A DNA stretch of 64,000 bases, taken from an uncultured Alphaproteobacteria bacterium. GTDB taxonomy: Bacteria > Pseudomonadota > Alphaproteobacteria > Rs-D84. The stretch spans positions 32,001-96,000 of the forward strand of contig CAMRSV010000001.1 of assembly GCA_947053455.1 (NCBI GenBank), in the 5' to 3' direction. Of the stretch, positions 40,553 through 50,598 are shown piece after piece (positions within the stretch are counted from its first letter, which is position 1; every line of letters begins with the position of its first letter). Both the position numbers and the translations under genes were made by a program. Below the pieces are notes generated by a model, which was not told the DNA's origin, searched no databases, and saw nothing but the letters and a program-made list of their open reading frames with translations.

Positions 40553-41422
40553 ATGAATTATATAGATATATTTTTAGAGGCATTAACCGCTGAAAAAGGA
40601 CGCAGTGAAAACACAATATATAACTATTCGGCGGATTTATACGCGGCCGACGCGGCGATTGCGGGAGGTTTAATATCAGCCAGCGCAAAAGACCTGCAAA
40701 ATTACATATCGTCACTAAAAGCAAAACCGTCATCCATTGCGCGCAAGGCTAGTTGTCTGCGGTCTTTCTATAAATTTCTGATGTTGGAAAAAATAATATC
40801 GAAAAACCCGGCAATGGCGCTGGAACTGCCGCGGCGGGCGCGTACATTGCCGAAACTTTTAAGCGTGGATGAAATAAACCTGCTAATATCATCGGCCGGC
40901 GATACGCGAAACGTTGTAAGACTGCGGGCAATGATTGAACTGACGTACGCATCGGGGCTGCGCGTATCTGAATTGTGCGAACTGCCCGTGCGGGCGATAC
41001 TTGGGGACAAGCTGCTTATTCATGGCAAAGGCGCCAAGGAAAGAATCGTCCCGATGCATCCGGGCGCGGTGCACGCCCTGGAAAAGTGGATGGAGGTGCG
41101 CGGCCCAGACCAATCAAAATTCGTATTCCCAGGGATTGGCAAGGAGGGTCACATAACACGCGACGGTTTTTTCAAAATAATAAAAAAATGCGCGGTACTG
41201 GCCGGCATATCACCAGACAGAGTAAGTCCGCACGTACTGCGTCATTCGTTTGCATCACACCTGCTGGCGGGCGGGGCTAATCTGCGCGCGATACAAACCC
41301 TACTGGGGCACGAAGATATTTCAACAACCCAGATTTACACCCATGTCATGCCGGAAAAACTGATTGATGCGGTGGCGATGCATCACCCGCTGGGGGACAA
41401 GACAAAGGTAACAGAGAAATGA
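40553..41422 (+). CDS. xerD: Tyrosine recombinase XerD
   Basis: EKGRSENT, YASGLRVSEL, GKGAKER, SPHVLRHSFASHLL, LLGHEDISTTQIY. Confidence 0.9.
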   Translation: MNYIDIFLEALTAEKGRSENTIYNYSADLYAADAAIAGGLISASAKDLQNYISSLKAKPSSIARKASCLRSFYKFLMLEKIISKNPAMALELPRRARTLPKLLSVDEINLLISSAGDTRNVVRLRAMIELTYASGLRVSELCELPVRAILGDKLLIHGKGAKERIVPMHPGAVHALEKWMEVRGPDQSKFVFPGIGKEGHITRDGFFKIIKKCAVLAGISPDRVSPHVLRHSFASHLLAGGANLRAIQTLLGHEDISTTQIYTHVMPEKLIDAVAMHHPLGDKTKVTEK

Positions 41423-41922
41423 TAAAAAAATGCGACCATTCCGGATGCACCAAGGCCGGAACATGTCGCGCGCCCAAAACGCGCGACCTTAAGGAATACT
41501 GGTTCTTTTGCCAAGAACATGCCGCAGAATACAACAAAAATTGGAACTATTACGCCAATATGACCCCCGGCGAGATTGAGGCGGAATGGGAACGCGAAAC
41601 ATTCGGGGCGCCGCTGAAAGATAAAAATAGCGCCAATGCAGATGCGGCCGATTACGCAAAATTTATAAATGATTTTTTAACAGGCCGCGCATCATTTGAT
41701 AACGCATCGACGCGACGCACACTGCCCGGCCCGGTTATGACGGCGTTAAAAACATTGGATTTGCCAGTAACGGCGACATTACGCGAAGTTGGTGCACGTT
41801 ACAGGGCACTTGCCAAGAAATACCATCCGGACACGGCGGCCGACAAAAAATCCGCGGCCGATAAATTTGCAAAAATCGCCGACGCATACGAAACATTAAA
41901 AAAGCATTTTGCTAAAAAATAA
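41419..41922 (+). CDS. J-domain protein with N-terminal Zn-binding motif
   Basis: CDHSGC...RAPK...FCQEH..EYN..WNYY; C-terminal J domain with HPD. Confidence 0.88.
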   Translation: MIKKCDHSGCTKAGTCRAPKTRDLKEYWFFCQEHAAEYNKNWNYYANMTPGEIEAEWERETFGAPLKDKNSANADAADYAKFINDFLTGRASFDNASTRRTLPGPVMTALKTLDLPVTATLREVGARYRALAKKYHPDTAADKKSAADKFAKIADAYETLKKHFAKK

Positions 41923-41936
41923 TCTGCGCCCAATTC

Positions 41937-42554
41937 CTAGTTATATGTGCATTGCGCCGACATATTATAAGTTCCGGTATTATCATTGTACGTTCCGGCC
42001 GGCAGTTTACATTGCGTGACAGACGTGCTGCCGGCCGCGCTGGTACCATACGTCGTCGTGCCCGCAGAATTTAATTCACCGGGACAACGCGTGCACTTAA
42101 GCGACGATGTCGTACCAACGCCGTAATAGCCCGCCGCACATCTATATTCATTCGTCGCCGTCTCATCACCAGTTTTTCCGCATCCGGAAACAACATTATA
42201 TTTTCTTTCGCGACCAGTGCCGGACGGGCGCCATTCATTTGTGGTGCGCATTAAGCATCCGCAACCTATAAGGTTCGGGGGGTTATCGCTATCAACAACC
42301 GCCGTGGCACCGTTAAACACCTCTCCACACATGGATTCACAATCTTCAACATTTCCCGAATATCCATCATCATAATAGCAAAGATTTGACCCATAGTCAT
42401 AACACTCGTCAACATCATTACATTCGCCGGGTGATATGGGCTCACTCACACCACCAAAAGTATAAAGCATATCCACTCCTGGATCATCACTATATAAATA
42501 AGCATTTGCCGCAAGCGGAAACACTAGAAACAATGCGATAACAATGCTTTTCAT
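41937..42554 (-). CDS. Secreted Cys-rich protein, paralog of 10852..11454
   Basis: Signal peptide (ANA); YRCAAGYYG...CTRCP...CKLPAGTYNDNTG...CTYN. Confidence 0.85.
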   Translation of the reverse strand: MKSIVIALFLVFPLAANAYLYSDDPGVDMLYTFGGVSEPISPGECNDVDECYDYGSNLCYYDDGYSGNVEDCESMCGEVFNGATAVVDSDNPPNLIGCGCLMRTTNEWRPSGTGRERKYNVVSGCGKTGDETATNEYRCAAGYYGVGTTSSLKCTRCPGELNSAGTTTYGTSAAGSTSVTQCKLPAGTYNDNTGTYNMSAQCTYN

Positions 42555-42574
42555 TTAACCCCTCTTTTTATTAC

Positions 42575-42730
42575 AAAAAAACCACTAAAAATCAGTGGTT
42601 GGAGGTTCGAAACAATTATCAGGAATTGTGGGCTTATTTAGTTATATCGCCACCCTCCAACCCATGGTTGGGGGAAAGTTTTTTCCTGATAAGGGGTTTC
42701 GACACCCCGTCCGCGCAACACCCGCCGACA
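42575..42730 (-). ncRNA. C4-like structured leader/attenuator RNA, copy 2
   Basis: Minus strand: GGGGTGTCGAAACCCC; b1 ATCAGG / b' CCTGAT; a' GTTTCGA; GGTTGGAGG/CCTCCAACC; terminator AACCACT/AGTGGTT plus U tract. Confidence 0.8.
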
Positions 42731-42735
42731 AATTC

Positions 42736-42764
42736 ATTATAAATAAAATAAGAAATAATGTAAA
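42736..42764 (-). promoter_or_regulatory. Sigma70-type promoter of leader copy 2
   Basis: TTTACA-17 nt-TATAAT just upstream of the leader 5' hairpin. Confidence 0.65.
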
Positions 42765-42800
42765 ATAAAATATGATTATGCAATCCAAACTTGACGCTAT

Positions 42801-42827
42801 AAAAAAGCCGGCATATGCCGGCTTTTT
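42801..42827 (-). terminator. Terminator after fadD-like gene
   Basis: AAAAAAGCCGGCATATGCCGGCTTTTT. Confidence 0.8.
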
Positions 42828-42829
42828 CC

Positions 42830-44410
42830 CTACTCTTTGCGTATAGGGTATTGCCCGTCAATCAAGTTTTGCCGCACAACATGGTGTTTCACCTTTTGCG
42901 TGCTGGTGGTTGGCAAATCATCGGTTGTCATTGCAAAATGCGTGACCCATTTATAACTTGCAACCTTTTTATTGGCATTGGCGACGGCTGCCGATAGTTT
43001 TTCTAGCGTCATGTCATCTTCAACACTAAACACACCATAAGTAACTGTTTTTCCCTTTACCTTGTGTTCAAAAACAGCGACGTTTTTTACCCCCGGAATT
43101 TCGATGAACATTCCTTCTAATTCATCGGGATAAACATTCTTGCCCGAATCCAGAACAATCACCTGCTTTTTACGACCCGCAAAGTGCAATTCGCCATTCT
43201 TGTCCATGGAAACCATATCGCCCGTGTTAAAGAACCCACGTTCATCAAACACTTCTTCGTTAACACCTGGGTTGTTAAGATAGCCACCAAACACCTGATG
43301 GCCACGCAACCACAGAACACCGACACCATCTTCATTCATGTCGCGAATTTCGCATTCGTTGTTTGTTGTGGGCGCCCCAAAGGCAAATGGCATACGCTTT
43401 TTATTATGCTTTGAAATGCAGATTGGACCGACGGTTTCGGTCAAACCATATCCCTGAATAAAGCGCATTCCCAGACGTTCATAGAAAATCTCAACCTCCG
43501 GCTTGGTGGCGGCACCACCTGCAATCAGCAACGACACACGGCCGCCGAATATTGCGCGCACAGGATTCTGCACTTTCTTTACCAGAAAACCAAGACCGAT
43601 TTTATTCAAGATTTTTCCATATTTTAGCACCAACCGCGCAATCCACCATTTATGCTGCGCCTTTAGCGTATCTATTATTCGGTTACGAATTACCTCAAAC
43701 AAACGCGGAACCGCCGGAATTGCATGCGGCCGGTATTTCTTGAAGTCTTCCATAATTTCCTTTGGATTGACCGTCGGCTGCAACAGAACGCCCGCACCAT
43801 AATGCAGCGTCGCCAGAATTTCAACCGCGAACCCAAAGATATGATACATCGGCAAGAAACCGTACATAATTTCGCCGGCATGAAAATATTCACGCATGTC
43901 ATCCAGCGAATTTGCACACTCAATCAAATTAAAGTGTGTCAGTGGTACAACCTTTGGCGTGCCGGTTGAACCGGATGTGAACGACAATGTCGCAACGTCC
44001 AGCGTTTCCAGCGCGGCTGGTTTTAAGGCCGGGTTTATTTTGCCGTCTTTCTTATTAATGTCATAAAACTTGAATTTATTGGTCTTATAAAAGAAAGACT
44101 TTTCCGCACACACAATGTGACAATCCGTTGTGGATGTCATGTTATCGTATTCAAACGGTGTTAGATTAGTATCCAGCAGCAACACCGTGCCCCCCAGATA
44201 CCATATTGCGAACAAAGTTATCGGAAATTCGGGAATATTGTGCGACAACAGCCCCACGATATTTCCGCGCTTAACACCCGCCGCGGCAAGTGATGCGGCA
44301 CGTGCCTTTACCATATCTTGGAAAGCGGAAAATGTGACATTTTCACGAACCAAGAAAATATTATCCGGCCATGTTGCAACCGCTTTTTCCAGCAATTGAT
44401 ACATATTCAT
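42830..44410 (-). CDS. fadD: Long-chain acyl-CoA/acyl-ACP synthetase (AMP-binding)
   Basis: FTSGSTGTPK, QGYGLTET, FNTGD, GKNVYPDELE. Confidence 0.85.
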   Translation of the reverse strand: MNMYQLLEKAVATWPDNIFLVRENVTFSAFQDMVKARAASLAAAGVKRGNIVGLLSHNIPEFPITLFAIWYLGGTVLLLDTNLTPFEYDNMTSTTDCHIVCAEKSFFYKTNKFKFYDINKKDGKINPALKPAALETLDVATLSFTSGSTGTPKVVPLTHFNLIECANSLDDMREYFHAGEIMYGFLPMYHIFGFAVEILATLHYGAGVLLQPTVNPKEIMEDFKKYRPHAIPAVPRLFEVIRNRIIDTLKAQHKWWIARLVLKYGKILNKIGLGFLVKKVQNPVRAIFGGRVSLLIAGGAATKPEVEIFYERLGMRFIQGYGLTETVGPICISKHNKKRMPFAFGAPTTNNECEIRDMNEDGVGVLWLRGHQVFGGYLNNPGVNEEVFDERGFFNTGDMVSMDKNGELHFAGRKKQVIVLDSGKNVYPDELEGMFIEIPGVKNVAVFEHKVKGKTVTYGVFSVEDDMTLEKLSAAVANANKKVASYKWVTHFAMTTDDLPTTSTQKVKHHVVRQNLIDGQYPIRKE

Positions 44411-44479
44411 CTTAAAAAATCCTTGTTGTTTTTATATTGGACAGTGTGTATTATAATCCCAATAAAAAGGATTGCAATC

Positions 44480-45250
44480 ATGAAAATTTTGACATTAAAT
44501 ATAAATTCAATTCGTGCGCATGCCGAAAGTTTTATCGATGTACTTAAATCCGGCGTATACGACACAATCCTGGTTCAAGAATTAAAGGTGGAAAATGCGG
44601 CATTTCCACACAACCTGTTTGACGATTATGGATATAACATCAAGGTGTTCGGGCAAAAAAGTTGGAACGGCGTTGCGGTATTTTCAAAATTTTCAATCGA
44701 AGACGTGACACGCGGGCTACCAAACTATGCGGACACAAACGCTAGATTTATTGAATGCGTAATAGATGGGCGCGTACGCGTAATATGCGTATACATGCCA
44801 AACGGCGATACGGTTCAGTCACCGAAATTTCCATACAAACTGGAATGGATGCGCGCGTTCACCGATTACATTTCACAATATACCGCGTCACCGGAACCGG
44901 TCGTTATCGCGGGTGACTTTAATGTCGCAATCGAAGACCGGGATGTATGGAAACCCGCAAATTATGTCGGCATAGCCATCGCCGCACCCGAGGCGCGCGA
45001 AATAATGCGCGGGTGGCTGAACGCCGGCTGGATTGACGCATGGCGCACCTTGCATCCAGATACGATTGATTATACATGGTACGGATATCGCGGTGGCGAC
45101 ACAGTTGGCAAGAAAATGGGGTTGCGTCTGGATTATTTCCTGTGTAATCCGGCCGCAATGGCGCATATCACATCATGCGAAATAGATATGTCTCCGCGCA
45201 TGGCGCAAAAGCCCACAGACCACACCGGCCTTGCATTAGAAATGGACTAA
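44480..45250 (+). CDS. xth: Exodeoxyribonuclease III
   Basis: LNINSIRA, QELK, YMPNG, GDFNVA, RLDY, PTDH; AAGGA SD before ATG 44480. Confidence 0.93.
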   Translation: MKILTLNINSIRAHAESFIDVLKSGVYDTILVQELKVENAAFPHNLFDDYGYNIKVFGQKSWNGVAVFSKFSIEDVTRGLPNYADTNARFIECVIDGRVRVICVYMPNGDTVQSPKFPYKLEWMRAFTDYISQYTASPEPVVIAGDFNVAIEDRDVWKPANYVGIAIAAPEAREIMRGWLNAGWIDAWRTLHPDTIDYTWYGYRGGDTVGKKMGLRLDYFLCNPAAMAHITSCEIDMSPRMAQKPTDHTGLALEMD

Positions 45251-45274
45251 AAACACGCGCCGCACAAAAACAGA

Positions 45275-45303
45275 TTGCGACGTGAAATATTTTCTCATAT
45301 AAT
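45275..45303 (+). promoter_or_regulatory. Sigma70-type promoter of leader copy 3
   Basis: TTGCGA-17 nt-TATAAT, 7 nt before the leader 5' hairpin. Confidence 0.7.
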
Positions 45304-45310
45304 AAAAAAT

Positions 45311-45483
45311 GATATGGGGTGTTCCCATATCGGGGTGTCAGAGCCTATGTCACGGCGTCCTTTGTTGGACGATAAATCTCCTGCCGGTCGGCAGGAGGGT
45401 TGATGTTATATATTGAAGACATCACACAATTTCCGTGAAATTGCTCTGAACCTCCTGCCACTCTAATAGAGTGGTTTTATTTT
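45311..45483 (+). ncRNA. C4-like structured leader/attenuator RNA, copy 3
   Basis: GATATGGG/CCCATATC; GGGGTGTCAGAGCC; a1 TCAGAGC / a' GCTCTGA; b1 TCACGG / b' CCGTGA; GGCAGGAGG pairs with CTCCTGCC or CCTCCTGCC; terminator GCCACTCT/AGAGTGGT plus U. Confidence 0.8.
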
Positions 45484-45503
45484 GATACGAGGGGTGAGTA
45501 AAA

Positions 45504-46703
45504 ATGAAATTCAAAAAAATATCATATGCACTTGTTGCAATTATATGTACCATTGACGCATATGGCAAGGATATGCCTTCAAATATAAAAGAAGCATGGG
45601 GCAGCCCTACACTAATTTCTGAATCTTGGAGTCGCGGCAAAGGCCACGACAGCAGCACAAACATGCCAGACCAGACATTCTGGATGAGTAAAAAGGTTCG
45701 CGCCGATAACGCAAACGACGAAGCGATTGTAATTGTATACATGGCGCGCCAAGTTGTAGAACACGGTGGATACTTTTGCGCGACGCAACTGCGTTCACGA
45801 AACAGCGGAAAATCCGGATGCCCGAACATTTGGACCCAATATCAAAATCCAACCGGCGATTTTGAACGCACATGCTTTTGGTTATGCGAACCGGGATACA
45901 CCGGCGAAAATTGTGTCAGTGGTAAGGCAAAATCCGCAGACGCATGCAAATACACAAATTTATCCGCGGCCACACTATTAAAAGATATAGGGTTTCAACA
46001 AATGGGTGGCTATGACACCGCAACGGTGGAAAGCGCCATACATGATGCCGGCGCACGATTTTTTTATAGCAATACAACTCGCAAATCCGACGAATCTGAT
46101 GTCATCCTTTTGGCAAAAGAATATCTTGAAAACGGCCACGGAATTGTTGCATCACCCGCAACATTTTCCGCGCACGGTGGCATGTGGAATGCAGAGAATT
46201 ATTCCGATGAATGGCTGGATTGCAAATATGGCGATTCTAATTTAACCGTGACCGCTAATGGCGGCGGGTACACAACAAAAAAACTGTGCATGCCGGGATT
46301 TGACGGCGAAGATTGCACAACGACATATTGCAAAACATGCGACGATACGCTTGCCAAATACAATGATAAAACAGGTTCCTGCAGTGACTGTATTGAAAAC
46401 CATATCCGCAACAAAGAAGGCAAATGCGAAAAGTGCCCGGCCGGAACAACTGCGGTACAGGATAAAAAAATCTGCCTAGAGTGCAAGAAAACCGAATATG
46501 TAAAGGATGGCGAATGTGTGCCACGTGATGTAATTGAAAAAAGCGTGCTTTATAACTGCTATCCGAATGAAAACGCAAATGATTTCAAGGCATGTGTATC
46601 AAGTACATGTACAAATGACGCAAAGGTAAAATGTGTAACCGCGCAAAAACAAATTGGCACCAAAAAATGCACCGGCGGTAAATGGGGTACATGCACAAAA
46701 TAA
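45504..46703 (+). CDS. Secreted Cys-rich protein with EGF/laminin/furin-like repeats
   Basis: Signal peptide; CEPGYTGENC, CMPGFDGEDC, multiple CxxC repeats. Confidence 0.85.
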   Translation: MKFKKISYALVAIICTIDAYGKDMPSNIKEAWGSPTLISESWSRGKGHDSSTNMPDQTFWMSKKVRADNANDEAIVIVYMARQVVEHGGYFCATQLRSRNSGKSGCPNIWTQYQNPTGDFERTCFWLCEPGYTGENCVSGKAKSADACKYTNLSAATLLKDIGFQQMGGYDTATVESAIHDAGARFFYSNTTRKSDESDVILLAKEYLENGHGIVASPATFSAHGGMWNAENYSDEWLDCKYGDSNLTVTANGGGYTTKKLCMPGFDGEDCTTTYCKTCDDTLAKYNDKTGSCSDCIENHIRNKEGKCEKCPAGTTAVQDKKICLECKKTEYVKDGECVPRDVIEKSVLYNCYPNENANDFKACVSSTCTNDAKVKCVTAQKQIGTKKCTGGKWGTCTK

Positions 46704-46710
46704 TGGCAAA

Positions 46711-49215
46711 TTAATCCGCAATACGTGCTAAATCGTCGTATGCGCGGTATTTTGCATCCGTCGTCGCGCGGTATTCATATGGCGCGGTGCCTGCTGAATA
46801 CATGTTAAAAAGTGCCGCCACCTTATCCACTGCTGCACGCATCATCTGCGCGGTTGTCACCGCATCATATTTAATGGCACGCGCATCATTTGCGCGCAGT
46901 TGCAAAAATGTCATGACGGGTGTTGCCGGTGCGGTGACATCCGAAAATCCGCCCGATTGCAGTATATACGCCTCAAGCGGTAATTGCGGCATGTTTCCGT
47001 CCATCAATTGTTTTGCCGACGGTGCGGCTCCTGTTTTTATATCCAGTACGCCCGCCGACCACACCAAATCGGCACGCGCACGAACGCGCCTGCCGGCAAT
47101 ATCGACCGCGCCGTCAATTTCTGAAAACGCGCCCGGCAATGCGTTCAACTCATTTGAAATAACCGGGGCAATTTCCAAAAAGCGTCGGTGCCAGAAATGA
47201 AACAGCACATTGTCCGCGCCCAATATTTCGACCGCGCGCCTATCCATGTCCGCGACAAGCGCCGCGGGCGCAAAATTACGTGCATCACTCACCGCATAAT
47301 GAACCAAATTTCCAAACATGCGCGCATCAACCCCCATCCAGTAATCGTCAATCGGCCGCAGCCGCAGGATATGACGCACGTAAAACGCATACGGATTATG
47401 TATCAATAATTCCAGTTCAGTTACAAAAACATCCGACCAGTCCGCCGGTGGGCACGGCGCTGAATAATCCAACGGGCATGGCGACACATTATCGCGCGTG
47501 CGCACTGCGCCCAATATATCTGATGCAATGGCATCATTGATATCCGCACCACGCACCACGCACCGCGACAAAAATCTGGATTCGGTCGTGGTGGCGCCAC
47601 CGGCCGTTCTGCTACGCGTCCAGTACACATCCGCCCCACATGACAGGTTCATAAAGTCCAGTGACATTAATGACACTTTTCTATCAGCGGGCGGTAACCC
47701 TATCTTTTCCGCAAGCGCACGCGGCAACCATGAATTTTCATATCCACGCGCCGGAAACATACCGTCGTTAAGCCCGGTCAAAATCACGACATCGGCGGTT
47801 TGCATTCTAGATTCAATTGTACCCAAAACAGTTATGGCAGCGCAATCTGGCATTATGCCACGCACCGACACAGTAGACAGCGCGTCGCTTACAAATGCGC
47901 GCGCATCTGCCACAGAAAGTTTCAAGCCCACGCGTCCCACACAATCAGACAAATTTTTTATTGCCATAAAAACAGCCATCGATGACGCATCATCCAATAA
48001 AAACTGCGGCGCAAATTCATATAACTTTTCATCGACCGTGCGGGCAATTATTTCAAACAAATCACCACCGCATGCAGCGTATAATTTTTCAAACGCGCCG
48101 TCATCCTTTTCAATCCACGCATCAAACATGTTAAGTATCGCACGCCCCGCCGCCGTCATTGCGCCCGGCACGCCGCCAGAAAAATCGGCCGACAGTCCAC
48201 GCGCCGCAAACGCGGTTGCAATACGCTGATTTGCGGCGGCATCGGGGGTTATTATTAAAACACTTTTGCCCGCATCCGCCGCACGTGATGCAATCTCTGC
48301 AACGGCAAGGGCTTCTTCTGACTCACGCGCGCATTCAATCAAACGACAATTTGAAAGTCCATATTGCCCACAATCGGTGCCGTCATTTCCAAATGCCACA
48401 TTCATAAAGTCAATTGCAGACGGGCCAACATCAATCTGGATGACATCTGACGGCGACACGCCAACGCGTCGTAAAAACTTATATTCGCAATGATATGGAT
48501 TTGTCGGCAGTTCAAAATCAGACGTGCGCCCGGAAATTTTCCCCGGCAATATAATGCGGCCATTGGGCGCACTTGCCACGGCCGCCATCAAATCGGCCGT
48601 TGCAGGGACACTGGCGGTGGACGCGCACACAACAACCAGTTCATATTCACCGATATAATCTATCCATGCACGTATCGTGCGATTACGCACAGCAGTTGTT
48701 GTTGGCCGCCCCCCGCGATACGCCGGCATTGCCGTTGACAATATGTTTAAAATTGCTGCTTTATGCTGAAAATGTGCGGCATATTTTTCATCAACCAATG
48801 TCGCCCAATCTATGGATGAAATATCAATCCCTTCATTTTCCAGATATGACGACATACGCACCAAATCACGTGCAATCGGCAAAGCCGTAGACAGGTTTCC
48901 AATATCTGCATCCGCCGCAAGAAGCCCAGACAGAGCCGCAACCTGCTCTGTATCGGAAACGGCGTCGGATGCGTCAAAATCATCATCGGGGTCAAATTCA
49001 TCTGCGCCCTCGCCTAGCGCCACAAGACGCGGCAGCATGCATGCACCGCCGGCGCGTGCCACAATTGCCCGTTCCACGGTACGCACGGCGCGACGGCTGG
49101 GTAAAAATATCAAAACATGGGATAAATCAACCCCCGATGCGTCCAGCACTCCGATTAATGCATCCGTCATTCGCGCCGGATTTGTCACACAAAAAATGTT
49201 TTTATTTGATACCAA
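46711..49215 (-). CDS. addB: Double-strand break repair protein AddB
   Basis: IFLPSRRAVR, LGTIESRMQ, NPYAFYVRHILRL, RARAD..DIKTG..QLPLEA PD-(D/E)XK domain. Confidence 0.88.
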   Translation of the reverse strand: MVSNKNIFCVTNPARMTDALIGVLDASGVDLSHVLIFLPSRRAVRTVERAIVARAGGACMLPRLVALGEGADEFDPDDDFDASDAVSDTEQVAALSGLLAADADIGNLSTALPIARDLVRMSSYLENEGIDISSIDWATLVDEKYAAHFQHKAAILNILSTAMPAYRGGRPTTTAVRNRTIRAWIDYIGEYELVVVCASTASVPATADLMAAVASAPNGRIILPGKISGRTSDFELPTNPYHCEYKFLRRVGVSPSDVIQIDVGPSAIDFMNVAFGNDGTDCGQYGLSNCRLIECARESEEALAVAEIASRAADAGKSVLIITPDAAANQRIATAFAARGLSADFSGGVPGAMTAAGRAILNMFDAWIEKDDGAFEKLYAACGGDLFEIIARTVDEKLYEFAPQFLLDDASSMAVFMAIKNLSDCVGRVGLKLSVADARAFVSDALSTVSVRGIMPDCAAITVLGTIESRMQTADVVILTGLNDGMFPARGYENSWLPRALAEKIGLPPADRKVSLMSLDFMNLSCGADVYWTRSRTAGGATTTESRFLSRCVVRGADINDAIASDILGAVRTRDNVSPCPLDYSAPCPPADWSDVFVTELELLIHNPYAFYVRHILRLRPIDDYWMGVDARMFGNLVHYAVSDARNFAPAALVADMDRRAVEILGADNVLFHFWHRRFLEIAPVISNELNALPGAFSEIDGAVDIAGRRVRARADLVWSAGVLDIKTGAAPSAKQLMDGNMPQLPLEAYILQSGGFSDVTAPATPVMTFLQLRANDARAIKYDAVTTAQMMRAAVDKVAALFNMYSAGTAPYEYRATTDAKYRAYDDLARIAD

Positions 49216-49756
49216 TCACAGCCCTTAATTTATCAAGACCCGTTTTCTTTTCCGCAGATGTTTCCAAAATTTCAGCCACCATTGCACCGTGCGAATCATG
49301 AGATAATTTTAGTTGCTCGGCCTCTCGCACTTTTTTATCTTTCTTTGTATACACGATTTGATACGGCACGGCATGCGCATCGCAAAAATCCATCAGTTCC
49401 AAATCCGCATTACGCGGCCCGATGCGTGAATCAATTAAAATAAACAAACGTCTCAATTGGCGCCGCGATAACAGATATTCCTCTAGCCGCTCCAGCCAGC
49501 GCAACGCATCTGTTTTAGATACACGCGCATATCCATAACCCGGCAAATCAACAATCATTACGCGGTCATCTACATTGAATAAATTTAGCGACTGCGTGCG
49601 CCCCGGCGTGTTTGATGTACGCGCCACCGGCGCACCAAGCACCGCATTTATTAACGAGGATTTGCCCACATTACTGCGCCCAACAAAGGCGTATTCTGAA
49701 AACAGTGTATTCGGTAAATCTGCCACCCGTTCAAAACTGCCAACAAATTTTATCAT
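49202..49756 (-). CDS. engB: Ribosome biogenesis GTPase EngB/YihA
   Basis: GRSNVGKSS, PGRT, DLPGYG, TKKD. Confidence 0.95.
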   Translation of the reverse strand: MIKFVGSFERVADLPNTLFSEYAFVGRSNVGKSSLINAVLGAPVARTSNTPGRTQSLNLFNVDDRVMIVDLPGYGYARVSKTDALRWLERLEEYLLSRRQLRRLFILIDSRIGPRNADLELMDFCDAHAVPYQIVYTKKDKKVREAEQLKLSHDSHGAMVAEILETSAEKKTGLDKLRAVIGIK

Positions 49757-50550
49757 TCGTCCCCCTTTTCCAACAGGCGCTTGTAAGCTTCTTTCTTTGA
49801 AATTCCGGTTCGCGCGGCCAAGTCTGCCGCCGCCGATTTTGTGGATGCGTTTGACACGACATCATTCACGATTTCTGATATCTGTGCGTCCGTCATAACG
49901 CGATCGGGGGCCGGCGCGACAACAATCACGATTTCACCACGCGGCGGCGTTATGTTCACCAAATCCGCCGGATATCCGATTATGCATTCCTCGTGCAACT
50001 TGGTTATTTCACGAACTATTGCAATCTGGCGTTCCGGCATAACGCGAGCCATGGCGGCAACAGTCGCCATGATGCGGTTCGGACTTTCATAGTAAATTAT
50101 GGTGTGGCGTATTTTATTGTCGGCGGATAATTTCTTTTCATCAAAAAATCCGCAAAATGTGAATCTGTCGGTTGGAAATCCCGACAACACCAACGCAGAA
50201 ATCGCCGCCGTGGGTCCTGGTACGACAAACACCGGCAACCCGGCTGCACGCGCAGCTCGCACCAGACGAAAGCCCGGGTCACTGATGCCGGGCATGCCGG
50301 CATCGGACACGGCTGCCACCGCCGCGCCAGACGCAATCTTTTCAATAATTTCAGGAACCGCGTCACGTTCATTATGCTCGTGACAGGAAACACGTGGTGT
50401 CTTTATATCAAAATGCGTGGCCAGCTTGCCAAAAACCCGCGTATCTTCGGCCGCGATTAAATCCGCGCCACGCAATACGTCAATCGCACGCGGCGACATA
50501 TCGGATAAGTTTCCAATTGGTGTTCCGACAATATAAAGCCCTGTTTGCAT
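49753..50550 (-). CDS. rsmI: 16S rRNA C1402 2'-O-methyltransferase
   Basis: TPIGNL.D, AEDTR, VSDAGMPGISDPG, YESP.R, REITKLHEE. Confidence 0.95.
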   Translation of the reverse strand: MQTGLYIVGTPIGNLSDMSPRAIDVLRGADLIAAEDTRVFGKLATHFDIKTPRVSCHEHNERDAVPEIIEKIASGAAVAAVSDAGMPGISDPGFRLVRAARAAGLPVFVVPGPTAAISALVLSGFPTDRFTFCGFFDEKKLSADNKIRHTIIYYESPNRIMATVAAMARVMPERQIAIVREITKLHEECIIGYPADLVNITPPRGEIVIVVAPAPDRVMTDAQISEIVNDVVSNASTKSAAADLAARTGISKKEAYKRLLEKGDE

Positions 50551-50598
50551 TCGTAATCCTTTTGTAGTAAAATGATACAAAATAAAATGGATTTTGCA

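Noticed and set aside
40553-41422. Tyrosine recombinase as integrase for the neighbouring cassette
   Set aside because: The sequence is a typical housekeeping XerD; no att-like repeats were seen.
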